Source: Corallococcus sp. EGB | GTDB lineage: Bacteria > Myxococcota > Myxococcia > Myxococcales > Myxococcaceae | Assembly: GCF_019968905.1 (NCBI RefSeq) | Contig: NZ_CP079946.1 | Coordinates: 5,793,356-5,857,355, forward strand | DNA: 64,000 nt | Reading direction: 5' to 3' | Shown here: piece after piece, positions 36,899 to 46,853 of the stretch | Numbering within the stretch: position 1 is the first letter of the stretch | Layout: the number at the start of each line of letters is the position of its first letter | Made by a program: the position numbers and the translations under genes | The notes under the pieces: model-generated | The model's input: only the letters and a program-made list of their open reading frames with translations | Database searches by the model: none | Told to the model about the DNA's origin: nothing

Positions 36899-38425
36899 AT
36901 GACACTCCCAGGCACGCGACATACGGTGGCCGCCGCCATGCGCCGCGCACTCCTGCCCGCCAGCGTCGTTGCCCTCTTCCTGTCCGCCTGCACCCACACA
37001 CCCGCCATCAAGGAGGGCTCCCCGCGCGACACCCTGTCCGGCGTCACCAGGGCCCTGCTGGAGACCCTGGAGGCGGACGGCGCGCTCGCGGGCGTGTCCG
37101 TGGTGGACGCCCGCACCGGCGAGCCCCTCTTCACCCACCGCGAGAACGTACGCCTTCTGCCCGCGTCCACGATGAAGGTGGTGTCCACCTCCGCCGCGCT
37201 GTCCGCGCTGGGAGCGGACTTCCGCTTCGTGACGCCGGTCTTCCTGGAGGGCTCGCAGACGGGGGGCCTGTTCCTGGGCGACGTGGTGGCGCAGGCGTCC
37301 GGGGACCCGTCGCTGGGCTCGTGGCGCTTCCCGGAGACGGCGCTCGCGTGCGACCGGATCGCGGAGGCCTTCCAGGCGCGCGGCATCCACCAGTGGCGAG
37401 GCAGCGTGCGCATCTCCGGCACGGACGGAGTGGACAGCGGGCTGGGGCCGGGCTGGGCCTGGGATGACGCGGCGTATGCGTACAGCGCCGCGCCCACCCC
37501 CTTCGTCTTTCGCGAGAACGTGGTGGACCTGGCGCTGACGCGCGCCCCCGGCGCCACCTGCGCGGACGCGCCTTCCGTCCAGTGGAACCCCACCTTCGCC
37601 ACGCTGTCCGCAGTGGTCAACGTGGACGCGAACGCGGAGCGCGCGAACCTGGCCTGCGTGCGAGGAGGCGGCGGCGTGCGCTGCACGTGGCGCTCGCCTT
37701 CGGGCGGGCCGTGCCCCCAGTCCGCCGCGGTGAAGCTGTCCATCGATGCGCCGGAGGCCCTCTTCGCCGCGTGCGTGGATGACGCGCTGGCGCGGCACGG
37801 AATCACGCGGCTGCCCCTGTCCCTGGAGGCCCCCACGACGCCCCTGCCGCCCATGCCGTCACCCCTGGTGGAGCTGATCAGCCCGCCCCTGTCGGAGCTG
37901 GTGCGCGCGACGAACAAGGAGAGCCTCAACCTGTACGCGGAGCGGCTGGGCATGCGATTCGCCCGCGAGCGCACCGGCCAGGAGGGCTACGTCGCGCTGC
38001 GCACCGCCCTGGCCACGGAGCTGGCGCGCCGGGGCGTGCCCGCCAAGGACCTGCGTCCCGTGGATGGCAGCGGCCTGTCCCGTTACAACCTGGCCACGCC
38101 CCGGGGCATGGCGCGCGTGCTGCTCACCAGCCTCCAGGAGCCCTACGGCGCCGCGCTGGTGGACAGCCTGCCGGTGCTGGGCCTGGACGGAACGCTGGCG
38201 GGCCGCAAGACGAAGCAGACCACCGCGGGCCGCATCCGCGCGAAGACGGGCACGCTCACGGGCCAGAAGTGCTTCGTGGGCGTGGCGGAGCGGCCGAACG
38301 ACCCCGAGCACCCGCGCGTCGTCTTCGCGCTGATGCTCGGCAACATGGACGAGGGCACGAAGCCCACCGCCAACGAGACCTTCGACACCTTCTCCACCGC
38401 CCTGGTGGAGCTGCCCCTGCGATGA
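36899..38425 (+). CDS. dacB: D-alanyl-D-alanine carboxypeptidase/endopeptidase (PBP4, S13 family) lipoprotein
   Basis: Lipobox LFLSAC; STMKVVSTSAAL (SxxK), SGS/KTG (KTGTLTG) motifs. Confidence 0.85.
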   Translation: MTLPGTRHTVAAAMRRALLPASVVALFLSACTHTPAIKEGSPRDTLSGVTRALLETLEADGALAGVSVVDARTGEPLFTHRENVRLLPASTMKVVSTSAALSALGADFRFVTPVFLEGSQTGGLFLGDVVAQASGDPSLGSWRFPETALACDRIAEAFQARGIHQWRGSVRISGTDGVDSGLGPGWAWDDAAYAYSAAPTPFVFRENVVDLALTRAPGATCADAPSVQWNPTFATLSAVVNVDANAERANLACVRGGGGVRCTWRSPSGGPCPQSAAVKLSIDAPEALFAACVDDALARHGITRLPLSLEAPTTPLPPMPSPLVELISPPLSELVRATNKESLNLYAERLGMRFARERTGQEGYVALRTALATELARRGVPAKDLRPVDGSGLSRYNLATPRGMARVLLTSLQEPYGAALVDSLPVLGLDGTLAGRKTKQTTAGRIRAKTGTLTGQKCFVGVAERPNDPEHPRVVFALMLGNMDEGTKPTANETFDTFSTALVELPLR

Positions 38426-38462
38426 GCGTCCCGCGGGGGAACACCCGCATGCGAGGTGAAAC

Positions 38463-40643
38463 ATGAAGTCCAGACTCACAGTGACGACCGCCGCGCTGCT
38501 CCTGCCGCTCGTGTCCGGGGCCGCGGGCAAGGCGCCCGCGAAGCCCGCCGCCGCGGAGAAGCAGCCCGTGGAGACGACCTATCACGGCACCACCGTGGTG
38601 GACCCGTACCAGTGGATGGAGTCCGCCTCCGACCCCAAGGTGAAGCAGTGGACGGACGCGCAGAACGCATACACGCGCACGTACCTGGACAAGCTCCCGG
38701 GCCGCGAGCCGCTGCGCCAGCGCATCACGGAGCTGCTGTCCTGGAAGTCGCCCTCCTACGGCGGCCTGGATGAACAGGGCGGCACGCTCCTGGGGCTGAA
38801 GTTCCAGCCACCCAAGCAGCAGCCCTCGCTCATCGTGGTGGGCTCGCTGGACGATACGTCGAAGGAGCGCGTGCTGGTGGACCCCACGCAGGTGGACACC
38901 TCCGGCAAGACGACCATCGACTGGTTCCAGCTGTCGCACGACGGCAAGAAGGTCGCCGTGTCCATGTCCAAGGGTGGCACGGAGAGCGGTGACGTCACGG
39001 TGTGGGACGTGGCGTCCGCGAAGGCGATGCCCAACGAGCTGGTCCCGCGCGTCAACGGCGGCACGGCGGGCGGCAGCCTCGCCTGGAACGCACAGGGCAC
39101 GGGCTTCTTCTACACGCGCTATCCGCGCGGCGAGGAGCGCCCGCCCGTGGACCGCGAGGTGTACCAGCAGGTGTACTTCCACGCGCTGGGCACGCCCACG
39201 GACAAGGACACGTACGCGCTGGGCAAGGACTTCCCGCGCATCGCGATGACGGAGCTGGAGTCCAGCGACGACGGCCAGTTCACCTTCGCGCGCGTGGCCA
39301 ATGGTGACGGCGGTGAGTACGACCTGTACCTGTACGGCCCGTCCGGCAAGTGGACGCAGGTGGCGAAGTACGCGGACAAGGTGGTGGCGGCGCGCTTCGG
39401 CAGCGACGGCGCGGCGTACCTGCTCAGCCGCAAGGACGCCTCGCGCGGCAAGGTGCTGCGCCTGCCGCTGGCCACGCCCACGCTGGACAAGGCGACGGTG
39501 GTCGTCCCCGAGGGCCAGGCGACGGTGCAGGCCGTGGTGCCCACGAAGGGCCGCCTGTACCTGCTGGAGCAGCTGGGCGGTCCGTCGCAGCTGCGCATGG
39601 TGGACCTGACCGGCAAGGCGCTGGGCCTGGTGCCCACGCTGCCGGTGTCGTCGGTGGGCGGCGTGGTGCGCCAGGGCGCGGACGACGTGCTCTTCGTCAA
39701 CGGCAGCTTCACGCAGCCGGCCGCGTGGTTCCGCTACTCGTCCGCGGACAACAAGGTGACGAAGACGGCGCTCGCGCGCACGGCGCCCATCGACATGAGC
39801 GACGTGGAGGTGGTGCGCACGGAGGCCACGTCGAAGGACGGCACCAAGGTGCCGCTCACCATCCTGAAGAAGAAGGGCACGAAGCTGAACGGGAACAATC
39901 CCACGTGGCTCACCGGCTACGGCGGCTTCAACATCTCCATCTCCCCGGGCTACAGCCCGCTGACGGGCATGTGGCTGGAGCAGGGCGGCGTGTTCGCGGT
40001 GGCGAACCTGCGCGGCGGCTCGGAGTTCGGCGAGGAGTGGCACAAGGCCGGCTCGCTCACGAACAAGCAGAACGTGTTCGATGACTTCTACGCCTGCGCG
40101 AAGCTGCTGGTGGACCAGAAGTACACGCAGCCCAAGAAGCTGGCCATCCAGGGCGGCAGCAACGGCGGCCTGCTGATGGGCGCGGCCGTGACGCAGCACC
40201 CGGAGGAGTACGGCGCGGTGGTGGCGCGCGTGGGCATCTACGACATGCTGCGCACGGAGCTCACGCCCAACGGCCAGTTCAACATCACCGAGTACGGCTC
40301 GGTGAAGGACCCCGAGCAGTTCAAGGCGCTGTATGGCTATTCGCCGGTGCACCACGTGAAGGACGGGACGAAGTACCCGTCGGTGCTGTTCACCTCCGGG
40401 GCCAATGACCCGCGCGTGGATCCGTTCCACTCGCGCAAGATGGTGGCCCGGATGCAGGCGGCGACGGCGTCCCCCAAGCCCATCCTGCTGCGCGCCAACG
40501 CGGAGACGGGCCACGGCATGGGCACGCCGCTGTCCGCGCGCATCGAGGAGGAGGTGGACGTCTACTCCTTCGTCTTCAACGAGCTGGGCATGACGTACAA
40601 GCCCAACGCGACGAAGAAGGTCGCCGCGCCCTCGCCGCAGTAG
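38463..40643 (+). CDS. Prolyl oligopeptidase (S9A) family serine peptidase, secreted
   Basis: Signal peptide; beta-propeller N-domain; catalytic GGSNGG serine motif and C-terminal Asp/His (GANDPRV, ETGHG). Confidence 0.9.
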   Translation: MKSRLTVTTAALLLPLVSGAAGKAPAKPAAAEKQPVETTYHGTTVVDPYQWMESASDPKVKQWTDAQNAYTRTYLDKLPGREPLRQRITELLSWKSPSYGGLDEQGGTLLGLKFQPPKQQPSLIVVGSLDDTSKERVLVDPTQVDTSGKTTIDWFQLSHDGKKVAVSMSKGGTESGDVTVWDVASAKAMPNELVPRVNGGTAGGSLAWNAQGTGFFYTRYPRGEERPPVDREVYQQVYFHALGTPTDKDTYALGKDFPRIAMTELESSDDGQFTFARVANGDGGEYDLYLYGPSGKWTQVAKYADKVVAARFGSDGAAYLLSRKDASRGKVLRLPLATPTLDKATVVVPEGQATVQAVVPTKGRLYLLEQLGGPSQLRMVDLTGKALGLVPTLPVSSVGGVVRQGADDVLFVNGSFTQPAAWFRYSSADNKVTKTALARTAPIDMSDVEVVRTEATSKDGTKVPLTILKKKGTKLNGNNPTWLTGYGGFNISISPGYSPLTGMWLEQGGVFAVANLRGGSEFGEEWHKAGSLTNKQNVFDDFYACAKLLVDQKYTQPKKLAIQGGSNGGLLMGAAVTQHPEEYGAVVARVGIYDMLRTELTPNGQFNITEYGSVKDPEQFKALYGYSPVHHVKDGTKYPSVLFTSGANDPRVDPFHSRKMVARMQAATASPKPILLRANAETGHGMGTPLSARIEEEVDVYSFVFNELGMTYKPNATKKVAAPSPQ

Positions 40644-40655
40644 CCGTGCTTCTCG

Positions 40656-40703
40656 CGCGCCCGTCCCGCGAGCCCGAGTGCTCGGGGACGGGCGTTTCTT
40701 CTT
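40656..40703 (+). terminator. Putative intrinsic terminator after prolyl oligopeptidase gene
   Basis: GC-rich hairpin cgcccgtcccgcgagc/gctcggggacgggcg followed by TTTCTTCTT. Confidence 0.5.
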
Positions 40704-40730
40704 CCGCGTTTCGTGGCAGCCTGCCGCCCC

Positions 40731-41186
40731 ATGAGCCCGCTCATCCCCTACTTCGTCCTTTCGCCCATCGTCGCGGGCGGACTGGTCTGGTGGTCACTCA
40801 CCCGCCTTGGCAAGAAACGCAACGAGCGCGCGAAGGGCTCGCTGGACGCGGTGGTGACGCGGCTGAGGGGGCAGAAGGCCACCGGCACGGCGGACCTCTT
40901 CGTCCAGGACGTGTCCTGGTCCGGGGAGACGGAGCTGTCGCCGCAGAACTGCCGCGTGCGCGTGGTGATGGGCGGCCGGGACGCCGTCGGAATCCCCCCG
41001 CGCTTCGAGGTGGAGAGCGCTCCGGGAGCCCCCCGCCCGCCCGCGGACGTGCTCGCGGCGCTGCGCGTGCTGGATGAGCAGGCCACGGAGGCCCTGAAGT
41101 CCGGCGGCTGGAGCTGGCAGCGGCCCACGATTTCATTCGAGCCGGCCGAGACATCGGCTGGAGCGACTTCCGGCGTCACGCCTTGA
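40731..41186 (+). CDS. Hypothetical membrane protein
   Basis: N-terminal TM (LIPYFVLSPIVAGGLVWWSL); start uncertain (ORF begins 40713). Confidence 0.5.
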   Translation: MSPLIPYFVLSPIVAGGLVWWSLTRLGKKRNERAKGSLDAVVTRLRGQKATGTADLFVQDVSWSGETELSPQNCRVRVVMGGRDAVGIPPRFEVESAPGAPRPPADVLAALRVLDEQATEALKSGGWSWQRPTISFEPAETSAGATSGVTP

Positions 41187-41234
41187 GCAGTTGCTCGCTC
41201 AGCGCCCCAGAGCCGCTGAGCGGATATCGGTAGG

Positions 41235-41882
41235 ATGAGCGGCACATTGAAAGCCCCCAAGAAGGATGCGCCGTCTCGCGGTGGTGTGGAGCGGCCGGTG
41301 CGCGCGGACGCTCGCCGGAACGTGGATGCGCTGCTGGAGGCGGCGATGGCGGTCTTCGCGACGTCGGGAGTGGACGCGCCCGTGCGGGAGATCGCGGACA
41401 AGGCCGGGGTCGGTGTCGGCACGCTCTATCGCCATTTTCCGCAGCGCTCGGACCTGATCGTCGCGGTCGTCCGTAACGAGGTGGATGCCTGCGCGGACGC
41501 GGCGTCGGACATCGCGGCGAGATACGAGCCCGGGGAGGCGCTCGAGCGTTGGGTGCAGCGCTACGTCGACTTGCTCGCCACCAAGCGTGGGCTCGCGGCG
41601 GCGCTCCACTCGGGCGACCCCGCCTTCAAGTCCCTGCCTGATTACTTCCTCGAGCGGATGCGGCCCGTGTTTCAGGGCCTGCTCGATGCCGCGGCCCGCT
41701 CGGGCGACATCCGTCCGGACGTGGATGCGACGGAGCTCCTGCTCGCGATCGCCAGGCTCTGCGTCCCGGACCACCACGGCGGAGGCGCGGAGCAGGCACG
41801 GCGCATGGTGACCCTGCTCGTGGACGGGCTGCGCCATGGCGCCCCGGCGGCGCCTCCCCGACCGTCCAGAGGTCGTCGTTAG
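41235..41882 (+). CDS. TetR-family transcriptional regulator
   Basis: HTH VREIADKAGVGVGTLYRHFPQRSDL. Confidence 0.85.
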   Translation: MSGTLKAPKKDAPSRGGVERPVRADARRNVDALLEAAMAVFATSGVDAPVREIADKAGVGVGTLYRHFPQRSDLIVAVVRNEVDACADAASDIAARYEPGEALERWVQRYVDLLATKRGLAAALHSGDPAFKSLPDYFLERMRPVFQGLLDAAARSGDIRPDVDATELLLAIARLCVPDHHGGGAEQARRMVTLLVDGLRHGAPAAPPRPSRGRR

Positions 41883-41940
41883 TTCCCCGCGGGCGGTACG
41901 GCGCGGCGGACTTCAGGAGCGGGGCTGTTAGAAGGCCCGC

Positions 41941-43026
41941 ATGTCCTCGACCTTCCTCGACACCCTCGACACGCCCGCGCCCCTCGTGGACCTGGACCGC
42001 GTGGAGCGGAACCTCCAGCGCGTCGCCACCTACGCCCGTGAGCACGGCCTGCGCTGGCGTCCCCACACGAAGACGCACAAGACGGCGGAGCTGGGCGCGA
42101 TGCAGGTCGCGGCGGGAGCCTCCGGCGTCACGGTGGCCACCGTGCTGGAAGCCGAGGTCATGGCGTCCGTATCTGACGACGTGCTGCTCGCGTACCCGCC
42201 CGTGGGAGCGCGCAAGCTGGCGCGGCTGATGGCCCTGCCCTCTCGCGTGCGACTCACCGTGGCGCTGGACTCCCGGGAGGTGCTCGATGCGTTGGCGCGC
42301 GCGGCCCGGGACGCGGGGCGCACCGTGGGCGTGCTCGTGGAGGCGGACCTGGGCATGCGCCGCGTGGGGGTGCGCACGCCCGACGACGCCGTGGCCCTGG
42401 CGCGTGCCGCGGCGTCCACGCCCGGCGCGGAGTTCCGTGGACTGACGTTCTACGCGGGCCACATCCGCGTCCCGCAGACCGAGCTGCCCGCCGCGATGAG
42501 CGCCCAGTCGGAAGTGCTGGCGACGTTCGTGGATGCATTGCGGAGCGCGGGACTTCCGCCGGAGGTCGTCAGCGGTGGCTCCACCCCCACCCTCTGGCAA
42601 TCCCATACCGTGAAGGGGCTCACGGAGATCCGCCCCGGCCTCAACGCGCTCAATGACCGCAACGCCGCCGTCGTCGGTGCGTGTGATTGGAGCGAGTGTG
42701 CCTATTCCGTGCTGGCCACCGTGGTGAGCACCGCCGTGCCCGGACAGGTGGTCATCGACGCGGGAGCCAAGGCCCTGGTGAAGGAAGACGGCCCCGCTCC
42801 GGGCTATGGCGTCCTGCTCGACCGGCCAGAGGTCGTGGTGAAGAACCTGTCGGAAGAGCACGGCCTGCTGGACGTGTCCACGACGACGTGGCGCCCGCGC
42901 ATCGGCGACCGGGTGCGCGTGGTGCCCAACCATGTCTGTGTTTCGGTCCCCCAGCATCCGCGGCTGCACGTCCTGCGCGGGGACGTCAGCGTGGCGACAT
43001 GGGAGATCGCCGCGCGCGGCTGGTGA
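41941..43026 (+). CDS. PLP-dependent D-serine dehydratase-like/alanine-racemase-N-domain protein (DSD1 family)
   Basis: PLDLVDLDRVERNLQRV...LRPHTKTHK (PLP lysine), C-terminal D-serine dehydratase-like domain. Confidence 0.8.
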   Translation: MSSTFLDTLDTPAPLVDLDRVERNLQRVATYAREHGLRWRPHTKTHKTAELGAMQVAAGASGVTVATVLEAEVMASVSDDVLLAYPPVGARKLARLMALPSRVRLTVALDSREVLDALARAARDAGRTVGVLVEADLGMRRVGVRTPDDAVALARAAASTPGAEFRGLTFYAGHIRVPQTELPAAMSAQSEVLATFVDALRSAGLPPEVVSGGSTPTLWQSHTVKGLTEIRPGLNALNDRNAAVVGACDWSECAYSVLATVVSTAVPGQVVIDAGAKALVKEDGPAPGYGVLLDRPEVVVKNLSEEHGLLDVSTTTWRPRIGDRVRVVPNHVCVSVPQHPRLHVLRGDVSVATWEIAARGW

Positions 43027-43036
43027 ACCCCGGTCT

Positions 43037-44032
43037 TCACAGGATGCGCTTCAGCTCCTGGGTCAGCAGTTCCTCCAGGTGCCGGATGTTCCGGTAGACG
43101 AGACACCGGTAGCTGGACACGTCGAAGCGCAGCTCCTTCACGTCGCGCACCAGCATCAGCGTGGGCTTGCCGCGTCCCCAGGCATAGCCCACCTCCAGAT
43201 AGACATTGGGGTTCGCCAGGGACAGGTCCGCGATGACGACCTTCGCGGTGTCGATGCGGTCCCGGATGCGCTGGATGATGGGGCCGTCGAAGGTGGCCTG
43301 GTCCACGCGCTCGCACAGGAGCCCGGCCGCCTTCACGGGGTTCAGGATGCCGTAGTGGAAGGTGTCCTCCAGCTCCGGCGCGAAGGGCATGGCCACGAAG
43401 GCGTGCGGCTTCTCGTGGGCGTTCGCGCCCGCGGAGGCCATGGGCGGCGCCTGGACGAAACGCGACGTCCGCCTCACCCGGAAGCCCGTGGCCCCCATCA
43501 GCGGCTCCACACCCGGCGTGAGCCCCAGCCCCAGCGCGAGCGCCTTGCGCAGCCGCTCCACGCGCTTGGGGTTCAGCTCCACCACCGTGACGCGCTCCAG
43601 GTCGCGCGGGCCACTGCCGCGCTGGAACGCATCCACGAAGCCGCCCACCAGGGCCAGCACGGCCTCGTCCTCGTCCAGACCATAGTTGGGGCCGTGCACC
43701 GTGCACGCGAGGTGGCGCACGTCACTCCGCGGCTCCAGCAGTTGGAGCGCGCGCACGGAGAACTGGCGGATCTCGTGGTAGCCGAACTGCCGCAGGCGCA
43801 CCGTGCCCAGGAAGAGCACCACCGGCGCCCCCAGGCTCCGGCGCGTGTCGATGAAGCGGTGGTCCCCGGGGAGCAGGTCGAAGGCGCCCATGTCGACCCC
43901 GGCCCCCTCCAGCCGGCGAGCCACCGCGCCGTCCGCCCCGTGGAAGCCCTGCGCGTACTTCAGCAGCACGGCATCCGCGGCCGTCTCTCCCACATCCCCC
44001 AGGTCCACCACGACATCCAGCGTGTCTCCCAT
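43037..44032 (-). CDS. Two-domain protein with C-terminal nucleoside 2-deoxyribosyltransferase-like (NDT/LOG-like) domain
   Basis: C-term FVAMPF...VVIADLSLANPNVYLEVGYAWGRGKP matches NDT-like E.GYA.G.GKP motif; N-terminal ~180 aa unknown; start uncertain. Confidence 0.55.
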   Translation of the reverse strand: MGDTLDVVVDLGDVGETAADAVLLKYAQGFHGADGAVARRLEGAGVDMGAFDLLPGDHRFIDTRRSLGAPVVLFLGTVRLRQFGYHEIRQFSVRALQLLEPRSDVRHLACTVHGPNYGLDEDEAVLALVGGFVDAFQRGSGPRDLERVTVVELNPKRVERLRKALALGLGLTPGVEPLMGATGFRVRRTSRFVQAPPMASAGANAHEKPHAFVAMPFAPELEDTFHYGILNPVKAAGLLCERVDQATFDGPIIQRIRDRIDTAKVVIADLSLANPNVYLEVGYAWGRGKPTLMLVRDVKELRFDVSSYRCLVYRNIRHLEELLTQELKRIL

Positions 44033-44246
44033 GGGACCGTGACTGTAGGGTGTCCCGGCCCGCCCACGCCATCCCCGGCGCCCGGTCTCCCGCGACAACA
44101 GGGTGAAAAACAGACGCGGGGGACGTCGGCCAATCCCTGCTCAAGGCTGCCTTCCGCATGCCTGGCTGTCTTTCAGCCCCCCTCCGTGGCTGTCTGTGAA
44201 GCACTTCACAGTTTCTGCCCGGGCGGGCCGGTAGCATTTGGGCACC

Positions 44247-45137
44247 ATGTCCCTGTTCGCGCGCCTGCAGGCCCTGCTGTCCGCCCACCCGTCCGCCCTG
44301 GACGCAGCCCCCGCTCAGACGCACGCGACCGCCACCGCCCCCACGGCGGCGGCCGCACCGGCGGACGTGGACAGCGCCGCTGCGCCTCCCGTCTGCACGC
44401 GCTACCTGCCCGCAGGCCAGGTGGTGGTGCGCGAGGGCGACCCGGGACACTCGATGTTCGTCGTGCTGGAGGGCCGCGTCGCGGTGCTTCGCGGCGGCGA
44501 TAACGGCGCCAACACGGAGGTCGGCCGCCTGGGGGCCGGTGACTTCTTCGGAGAGCTGGCGCTGCTTACAGGCACGCAGCGCACCGCCACCATCGTGACG
44601 GTGGAGGATGCCGTGCTGCTGGAGCTGACCCAGGCGGGTGTCCGTGAGCTGGGCAAGGACTACGGCGTGAAGGGGGAGCAGATGCAGGTCGCCGCCCGGG
44701 AGCGCCTGCTCGCGGACGCGCTGCGCAGCAACCCGCTCATCGCGGCGTTGCCCCCGGACGTGCAGCATGACCTGGGAGATGCCTTCATCCCCTGCACCGT
44801 GCCCGCCGGCGAGACCCTGCTCACCCGGGGCCAGCCGGGCGACGCGCTCTACGTCCTCATCCGGGGCCAGTGCGAGGTCTTCCATACGCACGGCGACGGC
44901 CGCCAGTCCGCCTATCCCAGGCTGGAGGAAGGCGCCTTGTTCGGGGAGATCTCCCTGCTGCGCAGCCGCCTGGCCACCGCCACCGTGCGCACCGTGACGC
45001 CCTGCACGCTCCTCAAGCTGGAGCGCGACGTGTTCAAGAAGGCCTTCCTGGGCCAGCCCGACCTGCGCGGCGCGCTGGTGCGCCTGGGCCTGGAGCGGCT
45101 CAAGCACACGATGGAGGTCATGGGCGAGCCGAAGTAG
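44247..45137 (+). CDS. Tandem cyclic-nucleotide-binding (cNMP/CAP) domain protein without effector domain
   Basis: Two cNMP-binding domains: GDFFGELALLTGTQRTATIVT and GALFGEISLLRSRLATATVRT (FGE...R.A.A). Confidence 0.8.
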   Translation: MSLFARLQALLSAHPSALDAAPAQTHATATAPTAAAAPADVDSAAAPPVCTRYLPAGQVVVREGDPGHSMFVVLEGRVAVLRGGDNGANTEVGRLGAGDFFGELALLTGTQRTATIVTVEDAVLLELTQAGVRELGKDYGVKGEQMQVAARERLLADALRSNPLIAALPPDVQHDLGDAFIPCTVPAGETLLTRGQPGDALYVLIRGQCEVFHTHGDGRQSAYPRLEEGALFGEISLLRSRLATATVRTVTPCTLLKLERDVFKKAFLGQPDLRGALVRLGLERLKHTMEVMGEPK

Positions 45138-45543
45138 TCCGCCGTCCCTCGCCATCCGGCAGCCTTCCCGTGCGAGCGTCTGTCTTTACCGCAATGCCTC
45201 TCGCGCAACGGTGGACCGCAGCGACCAGGCCATCCGCATGGGCTGGAAGAGCAACCGGACCAGTCGCTTGAGGTCCGTATCCAGGCCGAGCGTGGAGATG
45301 CGCTTGTCATCGTCCATGGGCACCCGGTCAGGCAGCGCGCCTGAAGGGGCGCTCGCGTGAACGTGAGGCGGCCCGTGCCTGCGCCGACCATGAACGAGCC
45401 CAACAGCCCGCGCCCCATGTCCTGCAAAGATGTGGTCCTGACCTCTTGCAACACGGTTCACCCCCGCTCCTGTCGTGCCACCATCACCGGAAGGTGGGGC
45501 GGAGCGCCGGAGGGCACAGAACAGCGCTGAGCCTGCCTTCACG

Positions 45544-46044
45544 CTAGGGAGCCGAGCGTGAGGACACGAGCCCCCGCCGCCGCGCCGCGTCCTCCAGATA
45601 GGCACGCACCACGGGCATGAGCGGCAAACGCAGCGCGGTCTCCACGTCGATCCACCGAGCCCACACCACCTCGCGCTGATCGAGCACGAGACGCGGCTCG
45701 GTATCGAGCTCCAGCTCGACGAAGTGACACCGGTCCCGCTTGAATTCGTCCGTGTGGTGCAGCTCGCTTACGGCGCGCAGCCGTGAGGCCGGCACATGCA
45801 GGCCCACCTCCTCGCGCAGCTCCCGCGCGCCCGTCTCTTCCGGGGACTCGCCGCGGTGCCGGCCGCCGCCCGGCAGCGAGAACGCGTGCTTGTAGGAGTT
45901 CTGCAACAGCAGCACCTCACGCCCTCGCCACACCCCCACGAGCGTTCCCTCCGTGCGCGGACGGCGCACGAACCACCACGCGAGCGCCAGGCGATAGGCG
46001 CCACGGTAGGCCACGCGCATGAGGGGATCGATCGGGGTGCTCAT
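45544..46044 (-). CDS. NUDIX hydrolase
   Basis: Nudix box GGGRHRGESPEETGARELREEVGL (GX5EX7REUXEEXGU). Confidence 0.75.
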   Translation of the reverse strand: MSTPIDPLMRVAYRGAYRLALAWWFVRRPRTEGTLVGVWRGREVLLLQNSYKHAFSLPGGGRHRGESPEETGARELREEVGLHVPASRLRAVSELHHTDEFKRDRCHFVELELDTEPRLVLDQREVVWARWIDVETALRLPLMPVVRAYLEDAARRRGLVSSRSAP

Positions 46045-46177
46045 GGGGGCGATGGTACCCGGACGCGGCGGCCCTGGGCATGGACGGCATGGGCCCATCA
46101 CCGATGATGCCCGCCCTGATCCAGAAGATGCATCCGCGAGCCCCGCGCGAGCCTCCAGGCGGGCGTCGCGACCCACA

Positions 46178-46762
46178 TCAGCCGCGGAGCTGCTCCCCGG
46201 CCTCGAGCATCGCGACGAACTGCGCCAGCCGGCGCGCGCGAGTCTCCGGCTTCTTCGCGTCATGGAGACGGAAGAGGATGGCGTAACGGCTGGCGCCCTT
46301 GAGCGTGGCGAAGAACGCCTTCGCCTTCGGGTTCTTCTCCAGCGCGAGCGTCAGGTCCTCCGGCACCTCGATGGTCTTCGCTCCCGCGTACGCCGCCTCC
46401 CAGCGGCCATCCGCGCGCGCAGCCTCCACCTCGCGCAGGCCCGCGGGCTTCATGCGTCCGGCGGCGATCAGGGCCTCCACCTTGGCGCAGTTGATCTTCG
46501 ACCACTTGCTGCGCGGCTTGCGCGGCGTGAAGCGCTGGAGCCAATACTCGTCGTCGAACGCGCCCTTCTGTCCGTCGATCCACCCGTAGCAGAGCGCCAC
46601 CTCCAGCGCCTGCGCGTACGTCACGGATGGGATGCCGGACTCGAGCTTCGCGAGCTTCACCCAGACACCCGGCGAGTCCGCGTGGTTCTTCTCCAGCCAC
46701 TTCTCCCAGGCCTTCTCGGACGCGAAGGGTACGGTGGGAAGCTCTTCCTTCTTCGCCTTCAT
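46178..46762 (-). CDS. YdeI/OmpD-associated (DUF1801-like) family protein
   Basis: WEKWLEKNHADSPGVWVKLAKL...ALCYGWIDGQKG...YWLQRFTPRKPRSKWSKIN characteristic of YdeI/bacteriocin-protection family. Confidence 0.7.
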   Translation of the reverse strand: MKAKKEELPTVPFASEKAWEKWLEKNHADSPGVWVKLAKLESGIPSVTYAQALEVALCYGWIDGQKGAFDDEYWLQRFTPRKPRSKWSKINCAKVEALIAAGRMKPAGLREVEAARADGRWEAAYAGAKTIEVPEDLTLALEKNPKAKAFFATLKGASRYAILFRLHDAKKPETRARRLAQFVAMLEAGEQLRG

Positions 46763-46853
46763 GCGGTGCAACGCCTTTCCCTGCCCCGCGCCTCGCGCCG
46801 GGTGCATGACACTCCCACTCTAGCGGTGGAAGGCGGGCCGCGCGGAAGCGGTT

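Noticed and set aside
45186-45605. ORF in the ~400-bp gap between the cNMP-binding gene and the NUDIX gene
   Set aside because: No codon-usage bias or motifs; likely non-coding 3' UTR/intergenic sequence. A small RNA or terminator cannot be excluded but nothing distinctive was seen
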